64,000 bases of DNA from an uncultured Ruminococcus sp. Its GTDB lineage: Bacteria; Bacillota; Clostridia; Oscillospirales; CAG-272. The DNA lies in the NCBI GenBank assembly GCA_964384555.1, contig CAYLLA010000001.1, positions 73,710 through 137,709 of the forward strand. Reading direction: 5' to 3'. Of this stretch, positions 9,605 through 19,133 are shown one piece after another. The notes below the pieces were generated by a model. It worked only from the letters and a program-made list of their open reading frames with translations. It ran no database searches and was not told the origin of the DNA. Both the position numbers and the translations under genes were made by a program. Numbering within the stretch: position 1 is the stretch's first letter; every line of letters begins with the position of its first letter.

Positions 9605-11533
9605 ATGGGCGGTACTGAAAAGGATAAAAAATCGAATATACTTGATAGCGTGCGCTCACCGGGCGATCTTCGCGAAATGGACGATGCAACGCTTGATGCA
9701 CTGGCGGAGGAGATCCGCCGTAGGCTGGTCACCACCATCACCGATGGCGAGGGCTGCCTCGGCATGGGCGGTCATCTTGCATCAAATCTCGGTGTTGTGG
9801 AGCTGACGCTGGCGCTTCACCGAGTGTTTGACAGCCCCCGCGACCATATCATTTGGGATGTGGGGCATCAAAGCTATGTGCATAAGCTCTTGACCGGTCG
9901 CGCCGACCGTTTTGATACTTTGCGCACACCGGGCGGCCTCTCGGGATTTACAAAGCGCTCGGAAAGTCCGCATGATCCGTTCGGGGCAGGGCACAGCTCC
10001 ACCTCACTCTCCGCCGCGCTCGGAATCGCCCGCGCCGAAAAGCTTCGCGGCTCGGACGGCTACACCATAGCCGTTATCGGGGACGGCGCATTTACCGGCG
10101 GCATGATACAGGAGGCGCTAAATAACTGCGAGAACACAAAGGGCCTGCGCCTGATCATAATCATAAACGAAAACGAAATGTCGATATCGCGCAATATCGG
10201 CAGCTTTGCAAAAAGCATATCCCGCATACGCAACCGCCCGAGCTATTTCAGGACCAAGGCGGCAACAAGGCATATTCTTTCCGCTCTGCCGCTTGTCGGC
10301 CGACCGCTCGTTCGCGGTATAACAAAGCTCAAAAAAGGGGTAAAGGATCTCATCTACGGCTCAAGCTATTTTGAAGACTTGGGACTTTACTATCTCGGCC
10401 CGATAGACGGCAACGACCGCGCCGAGCTTGAGCTGGTGCTGGGCGAGGCCAAAAAGTTTGACGAGAGCGTTGTTTTGCATATAAAAACTCAAAAAGGGCG
10501 CGGCTATGAGCCGGCGGAGCGAGACCCCGGCCGATACCACTCGGTAGCGGCGCGTGGCGCATCTCCCGGCGGCGGCTTTTCCCGCGAGTTCGGTCGCCTG
10601 ATAGTTGATGCGGCAACAGGGGACGGTCGCGTGTGCGCCATCACCGCGGCAATGAGCTACGGTACCGGGCTTGAGAATTTCAGAAAGCTCTTTCCCACAC
10701 GCTTTTTTGATGTTGGAATAGCCGAGGAGCACGCCGTGACCTTTGCGGCAGGTCTGGCCGCGGGAGGCATGCGGCCGGTGGCGGCGATATATTCGACCTT
10801 TCTTCAGCGCGCGTATGACAATATCCTGCATGATGCCGCGCTTCAGGATCTGCCGCTTTTGCTTTGCATCGACCGCGCGGGTCTTTCCGTGGGTGACGGT
10901 GCAACGCACCACGGTATATTTGATGTTGCGTTTTTGTCCTCGATCCCCGGCGTGACGATATACACGCCCGCGACCTATGATGCACTGCGCATGAGCTTTT
11001 CCGCCGCGCTTCGGGACGGCGGCACGGTAGCCATCAGATACCCCAATGCCGTGGAGAGCGAAACCGTCAAGGCTTTGTTTTATCCGGGCGGCGCACCGGA
11101 TACGCCGAGCGTGCGGTGGGCATTTCCAAATGCCGATGGCAAAACCGAGCCGGAGGTGGTGCTGGCAGTCCACGGGCGAATGGCAGAGGAGGCGATAGAG
11201 ATATCCCGCCGCCTTACCGCCGCAGGACATAGCTGTGGGCTGATCCTTTGCGAATATATAAAGCCATACAAAAAGCTTGCAGCGGAGGTATCTGCCTATC
11301 TGACGAGCGGCGTGCGGCTTTTTGTAACACTTGAGGAGGAGATACGCTCCGGCGGCTTTGGCATGAATCTTTGTGATGCGCTTGAGGCGTGTGGTGCAAT
11401 GGGTGATCGCCAAAAGCTGATAATAGCAACAGACGATACTTTTGCTACCCCCGCCGCAGGGCAAACGGTATACGAGGCCGCGGGAGTTGACACCGAGCAC
11501 GCCGTCCGCCTTATCACGGATAAGCTTGGATGA
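9605..11533 (+). CDS. dxs: 1-deoxy-D-xylulose-5-phosphate synthase
   Basis: GGHLASNLGVVELT, WDVGHQSY, GHSSTS, IGDGA, DVGIAEEHA, IYSTFLQRAYD; start 9605 has SD GCGGAGGA, whereas 9581 lies too close to the -10. Confidence 0.96.
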   Translation: MGGTEKDKKSNILDSVRSPGDLREMDDATLDALAEEIRRRLVTTITDGEGCLGMGGHLASNLGVVELTLALHRVFDSPRDHIIWDVGHQSYVHKLLTGRADRFDTLRTPGGLSGFTKRSESPHDPFGAGHSSTSLSAALGIARAEKLRGSDGYTIAVIGDGAFTGGMIQEALNNCENTKGLRLIIIINENEMSISRNIGSFAKSISRIRNRPSYFRTKAATRHILSALPLVGRPLVRGITKLKKGVKDLIYGSSYFEDLGLYYLGPIDGNDRAELELVLGEAKKFDESVVLHIKTQKGRGYEPAERDPGRYHSVAARGASPGGGFSREFGRLIVDAATGDGRVCAITAAMSYGTGLENFRKLFPTRFFDVGIAEEHAVTFAAGLAAGGMRPVAAIYSTFLQRAYDNILHDAALQDLPLLLCIDRAGLSVGDGATHHGIFDVAFLSSIPGVTIYTPATYDALRMSFSAALRDGGTVAIRYPNAVESETVKALFYPGGAPDTPSVRWAFPNADGKTEPEVVLAVHGRMAEEAIEISRRLTAAGHSCGLILCEYIKPYKKLAAEVSAYLTSGVRLFVTLEEEIRSGGFGMNLCDALEACGAMGDRQKLIIATDDTFATPAAGQTVYEAAGVDTEHAVRLITDKLG

Positions 11534-11567
11534 GCTGCCCGCGCACGAAAAAACAAAATAAAAAGGC

Positions 11568-11609
11568 ATCGGCCTGTCGGAGCTTGCACCCCGACAGGCC
11601 GATTTTTTT
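11568..11609 (+). terminator. Rho-independent terminator
   Basis: ATCGGCCTGTCGG/CCGACAGGCCGAT stem followed by a T7 run; A-run upstream suggests bidirectional use. Confidence 0.85.
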
Positions 11610-11673
11610 GAAATTACTTCATTATAAATAATATAATATTAAAGTGTCACGACAAAGGATCGACCGCCCACCA

Positions 11674-12525
11674 TCACACCGTGCCGCTTATAACAAGGGT
11701 CGCGGTGCCGGGAGTTGTCGTCCATGTGCCGTTTGCGTTTTGTGCATAGGTCGCACCGGGTACGGTTATCTGCCCCGCGATCGTCGCAAAAACGCCTGTT
11801 GCGGCATCATAGGTGTAGTTAGTCCCCGCCGCCCACGGATCGCCGTCAAAGGTCACGGTGATGGGGTCAAGCTTTGGCGAGAATGTGTCGCTCAGCACCA
11901 CGCCAGCGGCGGCATCGGCGGCCACACTGCCAAGGTTTTCAATAACAAAGGTGTAGGTCAGCTGTCCGTTTTCACTGACGGAGGTGGGGGAGAGCGATTT
12001 GCTTATTCCAAGCTCGGTGCGCGGCTCGGCACCTATCGTCACCGCGGCGGTAAGCGGCTCTGTAAGCCCGCCGCCGTTTATTGTTGCCGTGTTGGTGATG
12101 GTCGCCTCAATGCCCAGCGGCGCATACTCGGTCGCCGTTGCCTCGTATATGAGGATGGCATTCCCGCCCGCAGGTACACTTATGCCGCTTATGGCGAGCG
12201 GCGGCGCGGCGGCAACGGTCGGCGCGGTCTGCAAAACTCCGTTTACATAGTAGCGCAGTGACCCCGCGGTATATGCAAGCGGATAAACAGTCCCGCCGCC
12301 GTAGGTGTAGCCGCCAAGATCATCGGTAACCGTCAGCCCTCCAAGTGCCGTGGTTCCGCTGTTGACAAGGGATATCACATATGTCAGGCGGTCGCCGGCA
12401 GAATAACCGCCGGAGAGCACATTTTTTGCGGCGGAGAGGGTTTCGATAAGCTCGCCGGTCACGGTGTTGGAGTCTCTTGTGATGCCGTTGTAGGAGAGCG
12501 TTGCGAAATTTGTAAATCTTGCCAT
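11674..12525 (-). CDS. DUF11-like conserved-repeat (Ig-like) protein
   Basis: Two repeats: 'GDRLTYVISLVNSG..LTVTDDL' and 'GQLTYTFVIENLG..VVLSDTF', ITNTAT; no signal peptide; SD AAGGAG. Confidence 0.7.
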   Translation of the reverse strand: MARFTNFATLSYNGITRDSNTVTGELIETLSAAKNVLSGGYSAGDRLTYVISLVNSGTTALGGLTVTDDLGGYTYGGGTVYPLAYTAGSLRYYVNGVLQTAPTVAAAPPLAISGISVPAGGNAILIYEATATEYAPLGIEATITNTATINGGGLTEPLTAAVTIGAEPRTELGISKSLSPTSVSENGQLTYTFVIENLGSVAADAAAGVVLSDTFSPKLDPITVTFDGDPWAAGTNYTYDAATGVFATIAGQITVPGATYAQNANGTWTTTPGTATLVISGTV

Positions 12526-12629
12526 TATAAAAACTCCTTTTTGCTTTTTCTGTTTGGGGTCCCCATAACAGAATACGCAAAAAGGAGTAATTTTGTGAGT
12601 GTTATCGGCGATCTTTGATCGCCCGGGTC

Positions 12630-14696
12630 TTATTTTGTCAGCGCAGGCTCTTTCTTCTCTGATGCTTCTTCGGTTTCCGCCTCCGATTTTTCTTCTGCCT
12701 CTGCCTCCGGTACTGCCTCGGTCTCGGTCTCTGTGTCTGCCAAGATGTCTCCGTCGTCCTTGTCGGCAGACTCCGCAACGGCTGCTGCATCGGTAGAGTT
12801 GTCCTCAACAGCCTTGCCCGCGGCGCGTTTCTTCTTTTGCGCGGCAACTACCGCCACCGCACCGCCGGATACCAGCACTACCGCCGCGGCGATGGCCGCT
12901 ATCGGCCATATCTCCCCGCCGTCCGGCTCCGTCGGCTCCGTCTCCGGCGGCGCTTCGGTCTCCGGTGCTTCTGTTACCGGAGGCTCGGGGTCCACGTGGT
13001 TCGTCAGCGTGTAAAATGCAACATTATGCACCATGTATTTTTTATCCGGCTGTGTGTAGGCGGTAAGGAACACCTCGCCGTTATAATACAGCTCGCGCAG
13101 ATCCACCTTAACTACATTGCGTATCTCAAAGCTTCCGCGCGCATCCGTCATTGCAACGTGACCGAGATCTGCCGTAAAGTTCTCCTCCGCGCCACCGCCT
13201 CCATACGGCGCATCGGCAGAGGAGACAAGACCTATGACGGATCTTTTGCCGCATGCAAGGCAGTCAAATTTTGAGTCTGTTGAGTATTCTATCAGTGCAT
13301 AGTCGTATTTTGTGAGATCCCATTCGCCAAGGGAGAGCGTGTAGCCCTCGTCCCCCATGAATACCCGCCATGAGATATTGCTGATCGTGTAGTTTTTGCG
13401 CAGCCCCTTTTGCGGGAAGAGCGACTCCATATCAACGATGTCATAGGATGCCACATTTTTGCCCTCAAGTGCGGATGTGTTGCTCAGCTCCGAGCCGTCT
13501 GGTGCGGGACATGCCGTGTCGGGCATCCCCTCAAATACCGGAATGGTAAAGTGGTACGCCACATCAAGCAGACCGTTTTCCTTGTAGGACTTATAAAACT
13601 GCGAGGCACGTCCGGTACTGCCGTGCAGGCTCTGCATGTACTGCCCCCAGAAATTGCGGGAGGAGCGCGGGTCTACATTGAATTTTTGAAAATAAAATGT
13701 GCTTTGGTAATCACCTATGTAGCGGCTTGTGGCGGCATACGCACCGCCCCAAAGCGCCTTCCAACGTGTGTTCCAAGCACCCGAGCCGCCCCACGCCTCT
13801 TTCATTGAATCGGTGCCCTTTTGCGCCTCCTTCATGCCACCGAGATATATCGAGAAATATCCCGTGCCGGATGCGCCTATGTTAAAATAGTTGTAGTAGC
13901 CGTTGTAGGCTTTAAGACTGTCCTCTGTGTGCCCGGAGGTCGGCGCTTTAATGGGACTGCCCTTTTCGTCATTCCCGGTGTATTTGCCGGAGTAGTAATA
14001 CCACAGCTTGTCGCCGCACTCGCCGGATATTAGGGGGCTGGTCCCATTTGTGCCTTGCTCACTGCGCACCACCGTTGCAAGATATACCGGGTTGGCATCT
14101 ATCGCGCGGCCAAGCTCCATAAAGAACTCGGCGTATGTCATATTACTGTAGATGTCATCAAGCTTTGCGTTCTCCATAAAAGTTCCGCGGCAGACCGCCT
14201 CCACGGCGCTCATTGAAACATTTTCACTGTAGCGGAGATCGTAAAATTGAAATATCTGCTCCTCGGTCAAAAAGTTGCGCGGGTCCATCATGTATTTCAC
14301 CGCGTTTTTGGAGGCCTGATACCAACCGGAATCATATACCTTGGGGTTTGAAAAATTGCGCATTTCAAAGTTTGCGCCGCCGCGCCCCACAAGATTGCGG
14401 TTTTCGCTTGCATCATGCTCCTGATAGAGTACATAATCCCACGTGTAGGCATCCTTACCCGCCGTGCGTGACATTGCGGTGATATCAAGTGCCTCAAATG
14501 TCCAGTCGGGGTGCTTTTTGTGCAGGTAAATAAGACTGTTGGTGTATGATTTGGGAAAACCCGCCGCGATCAGTTCCTCCCTGTAGGCCTCGTCCGCCGC
14601 ATTGCTGCCGAAAGCCGAGCAAACAGACATACCGCCGAGCGTAAATAAAAATGCCATTACAGCGCATACCGTCCTTTTAAGTATCAGTTTTTTCAT
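12630..14696 (-). CDS. Membrane-anchored glucosaminidase-like (GH73-related) cell-wall hydrolase
   Basis: Signal peptide; FPKSY..LHKKHPDWTF, YMMDPRNFL, EQG, YYNYFNIGA, FYFQKFNV, QYMQ; Pro/Glu/Thr linker, TM helix, KKKR, acidic tail. Confidence 0.75.
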   Translation of the reverse strand: MKKLILKRTVCAVMAFLFTLGGMSVCSAFGSNAADEAYREELIAAGFPKSYTNSLIYLHKKHPDWTFEALDITAMSRTAGKDAYTWDYVLYQEHDASENRNLVGRGGANFEMRNFSNPKVYDSGWYQASKNAVKYMMDPRNFLTEEQIFQFYDLRYSENVSMSAVEAVCRGTFMENAKLDDIYSNMTYAEFFMELGRAIDANPVYLATVVRSEQGTNGTSPLISGECGDKLWYYYSGKYTGNDEKGSPIKAPTSGHTEDSLKAYNGYYNYFNIGASGTGYFSIYLGGMKEAQKGTDSMKEAWGGSGAWNTRWKALWGGAYAATSRYIGDYQSTFYFQKFNVDPRSSRNFWGQYMQSLHGSTGRASQFYKSYKENGLLDVAYHFTIPVFEGMPDTACPAPDGSELSNTSALEGKNVASYDIVDMESLFPQKGLRKNYTISNISWRVFMGDEGYTLSLGEWDLTKYDYALIEYSTDSKFDCLACGKRSVIGLVSSADAPYGGGGAEENFTADLGHVAMTDARGSFEIRNVVKVDLRELYYNGEVFLTAYTQPDKKYMVHNVAFYTLTNHVDPEPPVTEAPETEAPPETEPTEPDGGEIWPIAAIAAAVVLVSGGAVAVVAAQKKKRAAGKAVEDNSTDAAAVAESADKDDGDILADTETETEAVPEAEAEEKSEAETEEASEKKEPALTK

Positions 14697-14874
14697 TAAT
14701 ATTACCGTCCTTTCGCGTGCGCATATACACACCATTCACATTATATCAAAAAAAACGCTCCATGGCAATAGCATACGGGCGATTTTTTGTTGCAAATGAT
14801 CATTTTATGCATAACGGTGGTGTCCAAAGTGTAGTTTTTAAACAAATCTTAAAACTTTTTTTGTTCGTAAAGTA

Positions 14875-14903
14875 TTGACAGTTATGCATTTAGGTGATAC
14901 AAT
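14875..14903 (+). promoter_or_regulatory. SigA promoter for the accessory module
   Basis: TTGACA-17-TACAAT. Confidence 0.75.
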
Positions 14904-14969
14904 AATAACAGAAAATACACAGCCAATGTGAAAAGGCCGTGTTGGAAAAAATAAAAAGGAGTACGCAGT

Positions 14970-15071
14970 ATGAGGATGCCGTTTTTGATGCCCCCTGTCT
15001 CGCACCCCGCACAGCCGCGTAAGGGCACCGCTGTATATCTGATGTTCGGGAGACTTATCTTAAGTATTTAA
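14970..15071 (+). CDS. Putative 33-aa small ORF (MRMPFLMPPVSHPAQPRKGTAVYLMFGRLILSI)
   Basis: AAAAGGAG SD upstream, just downstream of a promoter; below the ORF-track length cutoff. Confidence 0.35.
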   Translation: MRMPFLMPPVSHPAQPRKGTAVYLMFGRLILSI

Positions 15072-15198
15072 ACGCACAAGCTTGCGATATGCCGTGAAGT
15101 ATATCGCGTATTGCTTGCGCGTTTTTTTAAAAGGATACGAAAGAATTTCAATGTTGCAGATTATCAAACAACGATAAAAAAGAAAGGTAATTATTAAA

Positions 15199-15831
15199 AT
15201 GAAAAAAATAGTGTATTTGGTCATTTGCGTTATGCTTCTCGCTTCCCTGAGCATCGTCTCGATAATTGCGTTGAACGCCAACGATGAGGTGGCACCTCAA
15301 GCTGTTTGTACAAATCACAACTTTACGTCATTTGAGTCATATGAAGCAGAAGAAAATAAACACACCTATTATTGTTCAAATGCAGGATGCGAAGCATATA
15401 TGGTTGAGCCATGCTATACAACCGAATTTTGCGGTGACCATCAAAACGTTGATTATCTCATGTGCGAAAAATGTTCGAGGGGCAGAATTTATATACATAA
15501 TTACGGACCGGTCCATATGACTAATAATGAGGACTATTATCACAGCATGGCTTGTCTCAATTATAATGAAGAAAGCGGATCTGTTTGTTATCTGCTCAAA
15601 GTAGATGAAGAAGAGGTGGAGTGCATGATAGAGGAGGCACAGGTATGGCGCGGCTTTACACCAAATCGCGGTCACCATATAACGGAAGAGTGCAGTGAAT
15701 GCCAAGAGCGATACAGCATTGGGTACTTTTATCCGGCAAACCACCCTAATTATTTCAGTGTAGATAACAATTGCAGATATTGCACTATGCCATATCCTTA
15801 CCATATGGATTGGGACGGAGGTGTAAGTTGA
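15199..15831 (+). CDS. Secreted Cys/His-rich protein
   Basis: Signal peptide ending ALNA; 14 Cys and 10 His in the mature part, three CxxC; AT-rich DNA. Confidence 0.8.
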   Translation: MKKIVYLVICVMLLASLSIVSIIALNANDEVAPQAVCTNHNFTSFESYEAEENKHTYYCSNAGCEAYMVEPCYTTEFCGDHQNVDYLMCEKCSRGRIYIHNYGPVHMTNNEDYYHSMACLNYNEESGSVCYLLKVDEEEVECMIEEAQVWRGFTPNRGHHITEECSECQERYSIGYFYPANHPNYFSVDNNCRYCTMPYPYHMDWDGGVS

Positions 15832-15832
15832 T

Positions 15833-16507
15833 ATGATGCTTCAAAAACTCAATAACTTTTATCGTCTGTTATGCTCACTCGTTTGTATGTTGCTTGTGTG
15901 CCTTGTGCTTTTAACTTCATGCAATAATACGGCCGAACCTGGTGTTGTGGATATTGATTCCGGTGATGACACTACTGCTGAACCTGTCGTATCCGAGACA
16001 AAGCAGACAGCAAAAAACACCGAACCCTTGATGCCCGAAACGACACGGTTGATACCCGAAACGACAGCATCATCTTCTAAGATAATCGATGAGGGGTTCG
16101 ATAGGGATATTGCTAAGGCAATACCGTTTCCGGCCGATGGCGAGAAGATAGTATATGATCCGGCGTTTGTAATAATTCAAAATGATTCAAGGGGACATGT
16201 TCTGGCCTTTACATCAGCGGAGAGAACGGGAAATACAGTCACCTTTTATGCACCGGCGAATGAAGGTTATTATATCCACTGTGTAGCCGCCACGTTTTTG
16301 ACGCATGATGATGAGTTGTTCATTGGTCTAAATGCTCAAAAGCAAAACGATGGAACCATCAAGTACGATGTGCTAAAATACGATCGTATCGTTGAGGGAG
16401 ATCATACATACGATAAAATAGATAATATGAAGCAAGGATATGGCAAGGAGTTCGATTCCTCGCACGGGCTCTTTCAGGTGGCGATATATTTCTTTAAAGA
16501 GCAATAG
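15833..16507 (+). CDS. Putative lipoprotein, copy 1
   Basis: Lipobox LTSC, Thr/Pro linker, C-terminal globular domain. Confidence 0.8.
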   Translation: MMLQKLNNFYRLLCSLVCMLLVCLVLLTSCNNTAEPGVVDIDSGDDTTAEPVVSETKQTAKNTEPLMPETTRLIPETTASSSKIIDEGFDRDIAKAIPFPADGEKIVYDPAFVIIQNDSRGHVLAFTSAERTGNTVTFYAPANEGYYIHCVAATFLTHDDELFIGLNAQKQNDGTIKYDVLKYDRIVEGDHTYDKIDNMKQGYGKEFDSSHGLFQVAIYFFKEQ

Positions 16508-16521
16508 ATAAATAAACTAAA

Positions 16522-16606
16522 ATGACCATAAATAAACTGTTTTGCAGCTTTGCTGCTGCTGACGGCACTTGCGGCGATCGCATGCTCGGCAAGAGCTGAA
16601 TGTAGT
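16522..16606 (+). pseudogene. Degenerate duplicated 5' fragment of the 17359 lipoprotein gene
   Basis: aaactgttttgcagctttgctgctgctgacggcacttgcggcgatcgcatgctcggca matches ~17366-17424, with indels, then diverges. Confidence 0.75.
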
Positions 16607-16737
16607 TTACTGGTTATAAAAAAAACAATTATTGATTTCGGCAGATCACGAAGAAAGGGACTAAAGGCAATGAAGAAAAAGATACCGCCCCACAAAAAAC
16701 CAATAACTTTTATCGTCTGCTGTGCTCGCTCGTTTGT

Positions 16738-17334
16738 ATGTTGCTTGTGTGCCTTGTGCTTTTAACTTCATGCAATAATACGGCCGAACCGGGTGTTGTG
16801 GATATTGATTCCGGTGATGACACTACCGCAGAGCCTGTCGTATCCGCGACCCAGCCGACAGCAATAACTACCGAACCTTTGATGCCCGAAACGACCGCAC
16901 ACCCGTCTTATATAGTTGATTCGGGGTTCGATAGGAATGTTGCTAAGGCAATACCGTTTCCGGCCGATGGCGAGAAGATAGTATATGATCCGGCGTTTGT
17001 AATAATTCAAAATGATTCAAGGGGACATGTTCTGGCCTTTACATCAGCGGAGAGAACGGGAAATACAGTCACCTTTTATGCACCGGCGAATGAAGGTTAT
17101 TATATCCACTGTGTAGCCGCCACGTTTTTGACGCATGATGATGAGTTGTTCATTGGTCTAAATGCTCAAAAGCAAAACGATGGAACCATCAAGTACGATG
17201 TGCTAAAATACGATCGTATCGTTGAGGGAGATCATACATACGATAAAATAGATAATATGAAGCAAGGATATGGCAAGGAGTTCGACTCCTCGCACGGGCT
17301 CTTTCAGGTGGCGATTTATTTTTTGGACGAATAA
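16738..17334 (+). CDS. Putative lipoprotein, copy 2 (true start probably 16670, frameshifted)
   Basis: Near-identical to copy 1; in-frame start lacks a basic n-region and SD. Confidence 0.7.
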   Translation: MLLVCLVLLTSCNNTAEPGVVDIDSGDDTTAEPVVSATQPTAITTEPLMPETTAHPSYIVDSGFDRNVAKAIPFPADGEKIVYDPAFVIIQNDSRGHVLAFTSAERTGNTVTFYAPANEGYYIHCVAATFLTHDDELFIGLNAQKQNDGTIKYDVLKYDRIVEGDHTYDKIDNMKQGYGKEFDSSHGLFQVAIYFLDE

Positions 17335-17358
17335 TAGGATGAATTGACCGAGATAACT

Positions 17359-17769
17359 ATGAAAAAAACTGTTTTTGCAGCTTTGCTGCTGCTGACGGCA
17401 CTTGCGGCGATCGCATGCTCGGCAGGAGAGCTGAATGTAAATGAAGAATTGCGTGACCAATACATTGATCACACTCCGGGCGAGACGGGAGTCTTGAATC
17501 TTATAGGGCGGGATCCCGGCTCTGTTCCGGATTGCGGCGGACGGCACGCCGGAATATGGCGTTTTGATCAAGATTCGCACTGGCGGATATGCGCAAGGTG
17601 CGGCGAGGAACTATCCGCCCCTGCGGCACATACGATGGATGGTAAGACCGAGCTCGCCTATGCCGTGATAGACGGCGAGCTGTGTGTTGTGAAAAGCACG
17701 AGCTGTAAATGCTCGGGTACTTACCGATATGAATTTATCCCATATGACGAAAGCGAGACTACGGGATGA
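17359..17769 (+). CDS. Small Cys/His-motif lipoprotein
   Basis: MKKTVFAALLLLTALAAIAC lipobox-like; HWRICARCG, CKC motifs. Confidence 0.75.
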   Translation: MKKTVFAALLLLTALAAIACSAGELNVNEELRDQYIDHTPGETGVLNLIGRDPGSVPDCGGRHAGIWRFDQDSHWRICARCGEELSAPAAHTMDGKTELAYAVIDGELCVVKSTSCKCSGTYRYEFIPYDESETTG

Positions 17770-19133
17770 CGGCATTAAAACACGGTATACGCGGATTTTT
17801 GCGCGGCGGGTGGACATCACTTGTTATAGCATTGTTGTTTTTTGTCTCTGCGCTGGCTGTTATGATATCCACCTTGGTCCTTGATGTGTGCGATATCTAT
17901 CGATCAAAGACAGAAGATCCGTACTCCGATTATTTCCGGCTTGTAGTAGATCAAGAAGGCGCGGTGATGGCGGTCGATGCGGGATCTCGTGATTATACAA
18001 AAGGGCCCGGCATATCAACGATCCCTTCATTCTTTTATGACATATCCGATTACACCGCCGTGGTGCGCAGTAGATTTAAAACGGATATGACACCCTACAC
18101 CATGCCGTGGACCGATGATCGTGGCGGTGCTTTGTTTACCTTTTACGGTATCACGTCCTGCGGCGAATTACCGGAGTTCATCCGCGGTGAGTATGTTATT
18201 GCAAGCGGCCGCGCGCTTGAGCGCGAGGACAGAGACCGCGAGGCCTATGTATGTGTGATAGATCGTGCGTTGGCCGAGGTCAACGGCCTCGGTGTTGGCG
18301 ACAGTATCAGCATCCCAAACATACGCGACTATATCAAGGATGATTGCGATTGGGACGGCAAACTGACTATAGTCGGACTTTTTGATATAAATACATATCA
18401 AGCCAATACCGAAAAAAACAGCTATAATTACGCAGCCAACAATGTGTATATTCCGCTATCGGTCATGAGACAGCTGACCGATTACGGCACTGTCTATAAT
18501 TTTCAGGTAAAGCTTACGGATGATTCACTGGCGGATGATATCGAGGATGCGATATACAGATACGGCCTTGCCGGCGGATATCCCGTTATGCTTGTAAAGG
18601 TATCCGATCTGTTTGTTTCGGAAAATCGCGGCGTGCACTCTCTGGGGCGAGTTTTTGAGATCATGCGCTTTGTATTCTCCTGCGTGGTAGTGATATCCGC
18701 CGCCATCGTAGCGATAAGCGTTGTACATTCTCAAAAAAAGCAACTGGGTATATTCCTTGCCTTGGGACACAGCCGTGCGGCAACATCAGCCATGGTGACG
18801 GTAGAGCTGTTGATCTCCGTCATAATAGGTGCCGCGGCGGCGATGGGCGTAATGCTTTGGCTTGGCGCGGATGCGGCAAATCTATTGCTTATGAATGCGC
18901 TTGAGAATATATCCGCCGATGCGCTCAGTGCAACAACGTCGGATGGTATACTCAGCTCCGCTCAGATCGCCGGCTTTTTTACATCGCTTATCGATCGTGA
19001 TTTTGTTGTGCATACTTGCATGGGATCGCTTGCGGTGTTCATTCCTGCGGCGGTGGTCGCGGTCCTGGCGGCACTTGGTGGTGTTATGCGTATAAATGTT
19101 TTGCAGTTGCTGACAAGAGAGGAGGGGCGTTGA
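17766..19133 (+). CDS. FtsX/MacB-like ABC permease 1
   Basis: N-terminal TM, large external loop (SGRAL..CVID..LA..NGL.VGDSI), C-terminal KKQLGIFLALGHS plus 3 TMs. Confidence 0.85.
   Translation: MTALKHGIRGFLRGGWTSLVIALLFFVSALAVMISTLVLDVCDIYRSKTEDPYSDYFRLVVDQEGAVMAVDAGSRDYTKGPGISTIPSFFYDISDYTAVVRSRFKTDMTPYTMPWTDDRGGALFTFYGITSCGELPEFIRGEYVIASGRALEREDRDREAYVCVIDRALAEVNGLGVGDSISIPNIRDYIKDDCDWDGKLTIVGLFDINTYQANTEKNSYNYAANNVYIPLSVMRQLTDYGTVYNFQVKLTDDSLADDIEDAIYRYGLAGGYPVMLVKVSDLFVSENRGVHSLGRVFEIMRFVFSCVVVISAAIVAISVVHSQKKQLGIFLALGHSRAATSAMVTVELLISVIIGAAAAMGVMLWLGADAANLLLMNALENISADALSATTSDGILSSAQIAGFFTSLIDRDFVVHTCMGSLAVFIPAAVVAVLAALGGVMRINVLQLLTREEGR

Larger units (their letters stand above)
15850..17438 (+). 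repeat. Tandem duplication (copy 1 ~15850-16604; copy 2 ~16701-17438)
   Basis: 16111-16455 appears identical to 16941-17285 (offset 830); flanks are similar and include the 5' end of the next gene. Confidence 0.92.

Noticed and set aside
10361-11569. Long antisense ORFs (also 773-1822, 22240-23481, 44148-45047, 50880-52058)
   Set aside because: Shadows of well-supported genes on the opposite strand in GC-rich DNA
15199-15831. Multiheme cytochrome c
   Set aside because: CxxC motifs are never followed by His
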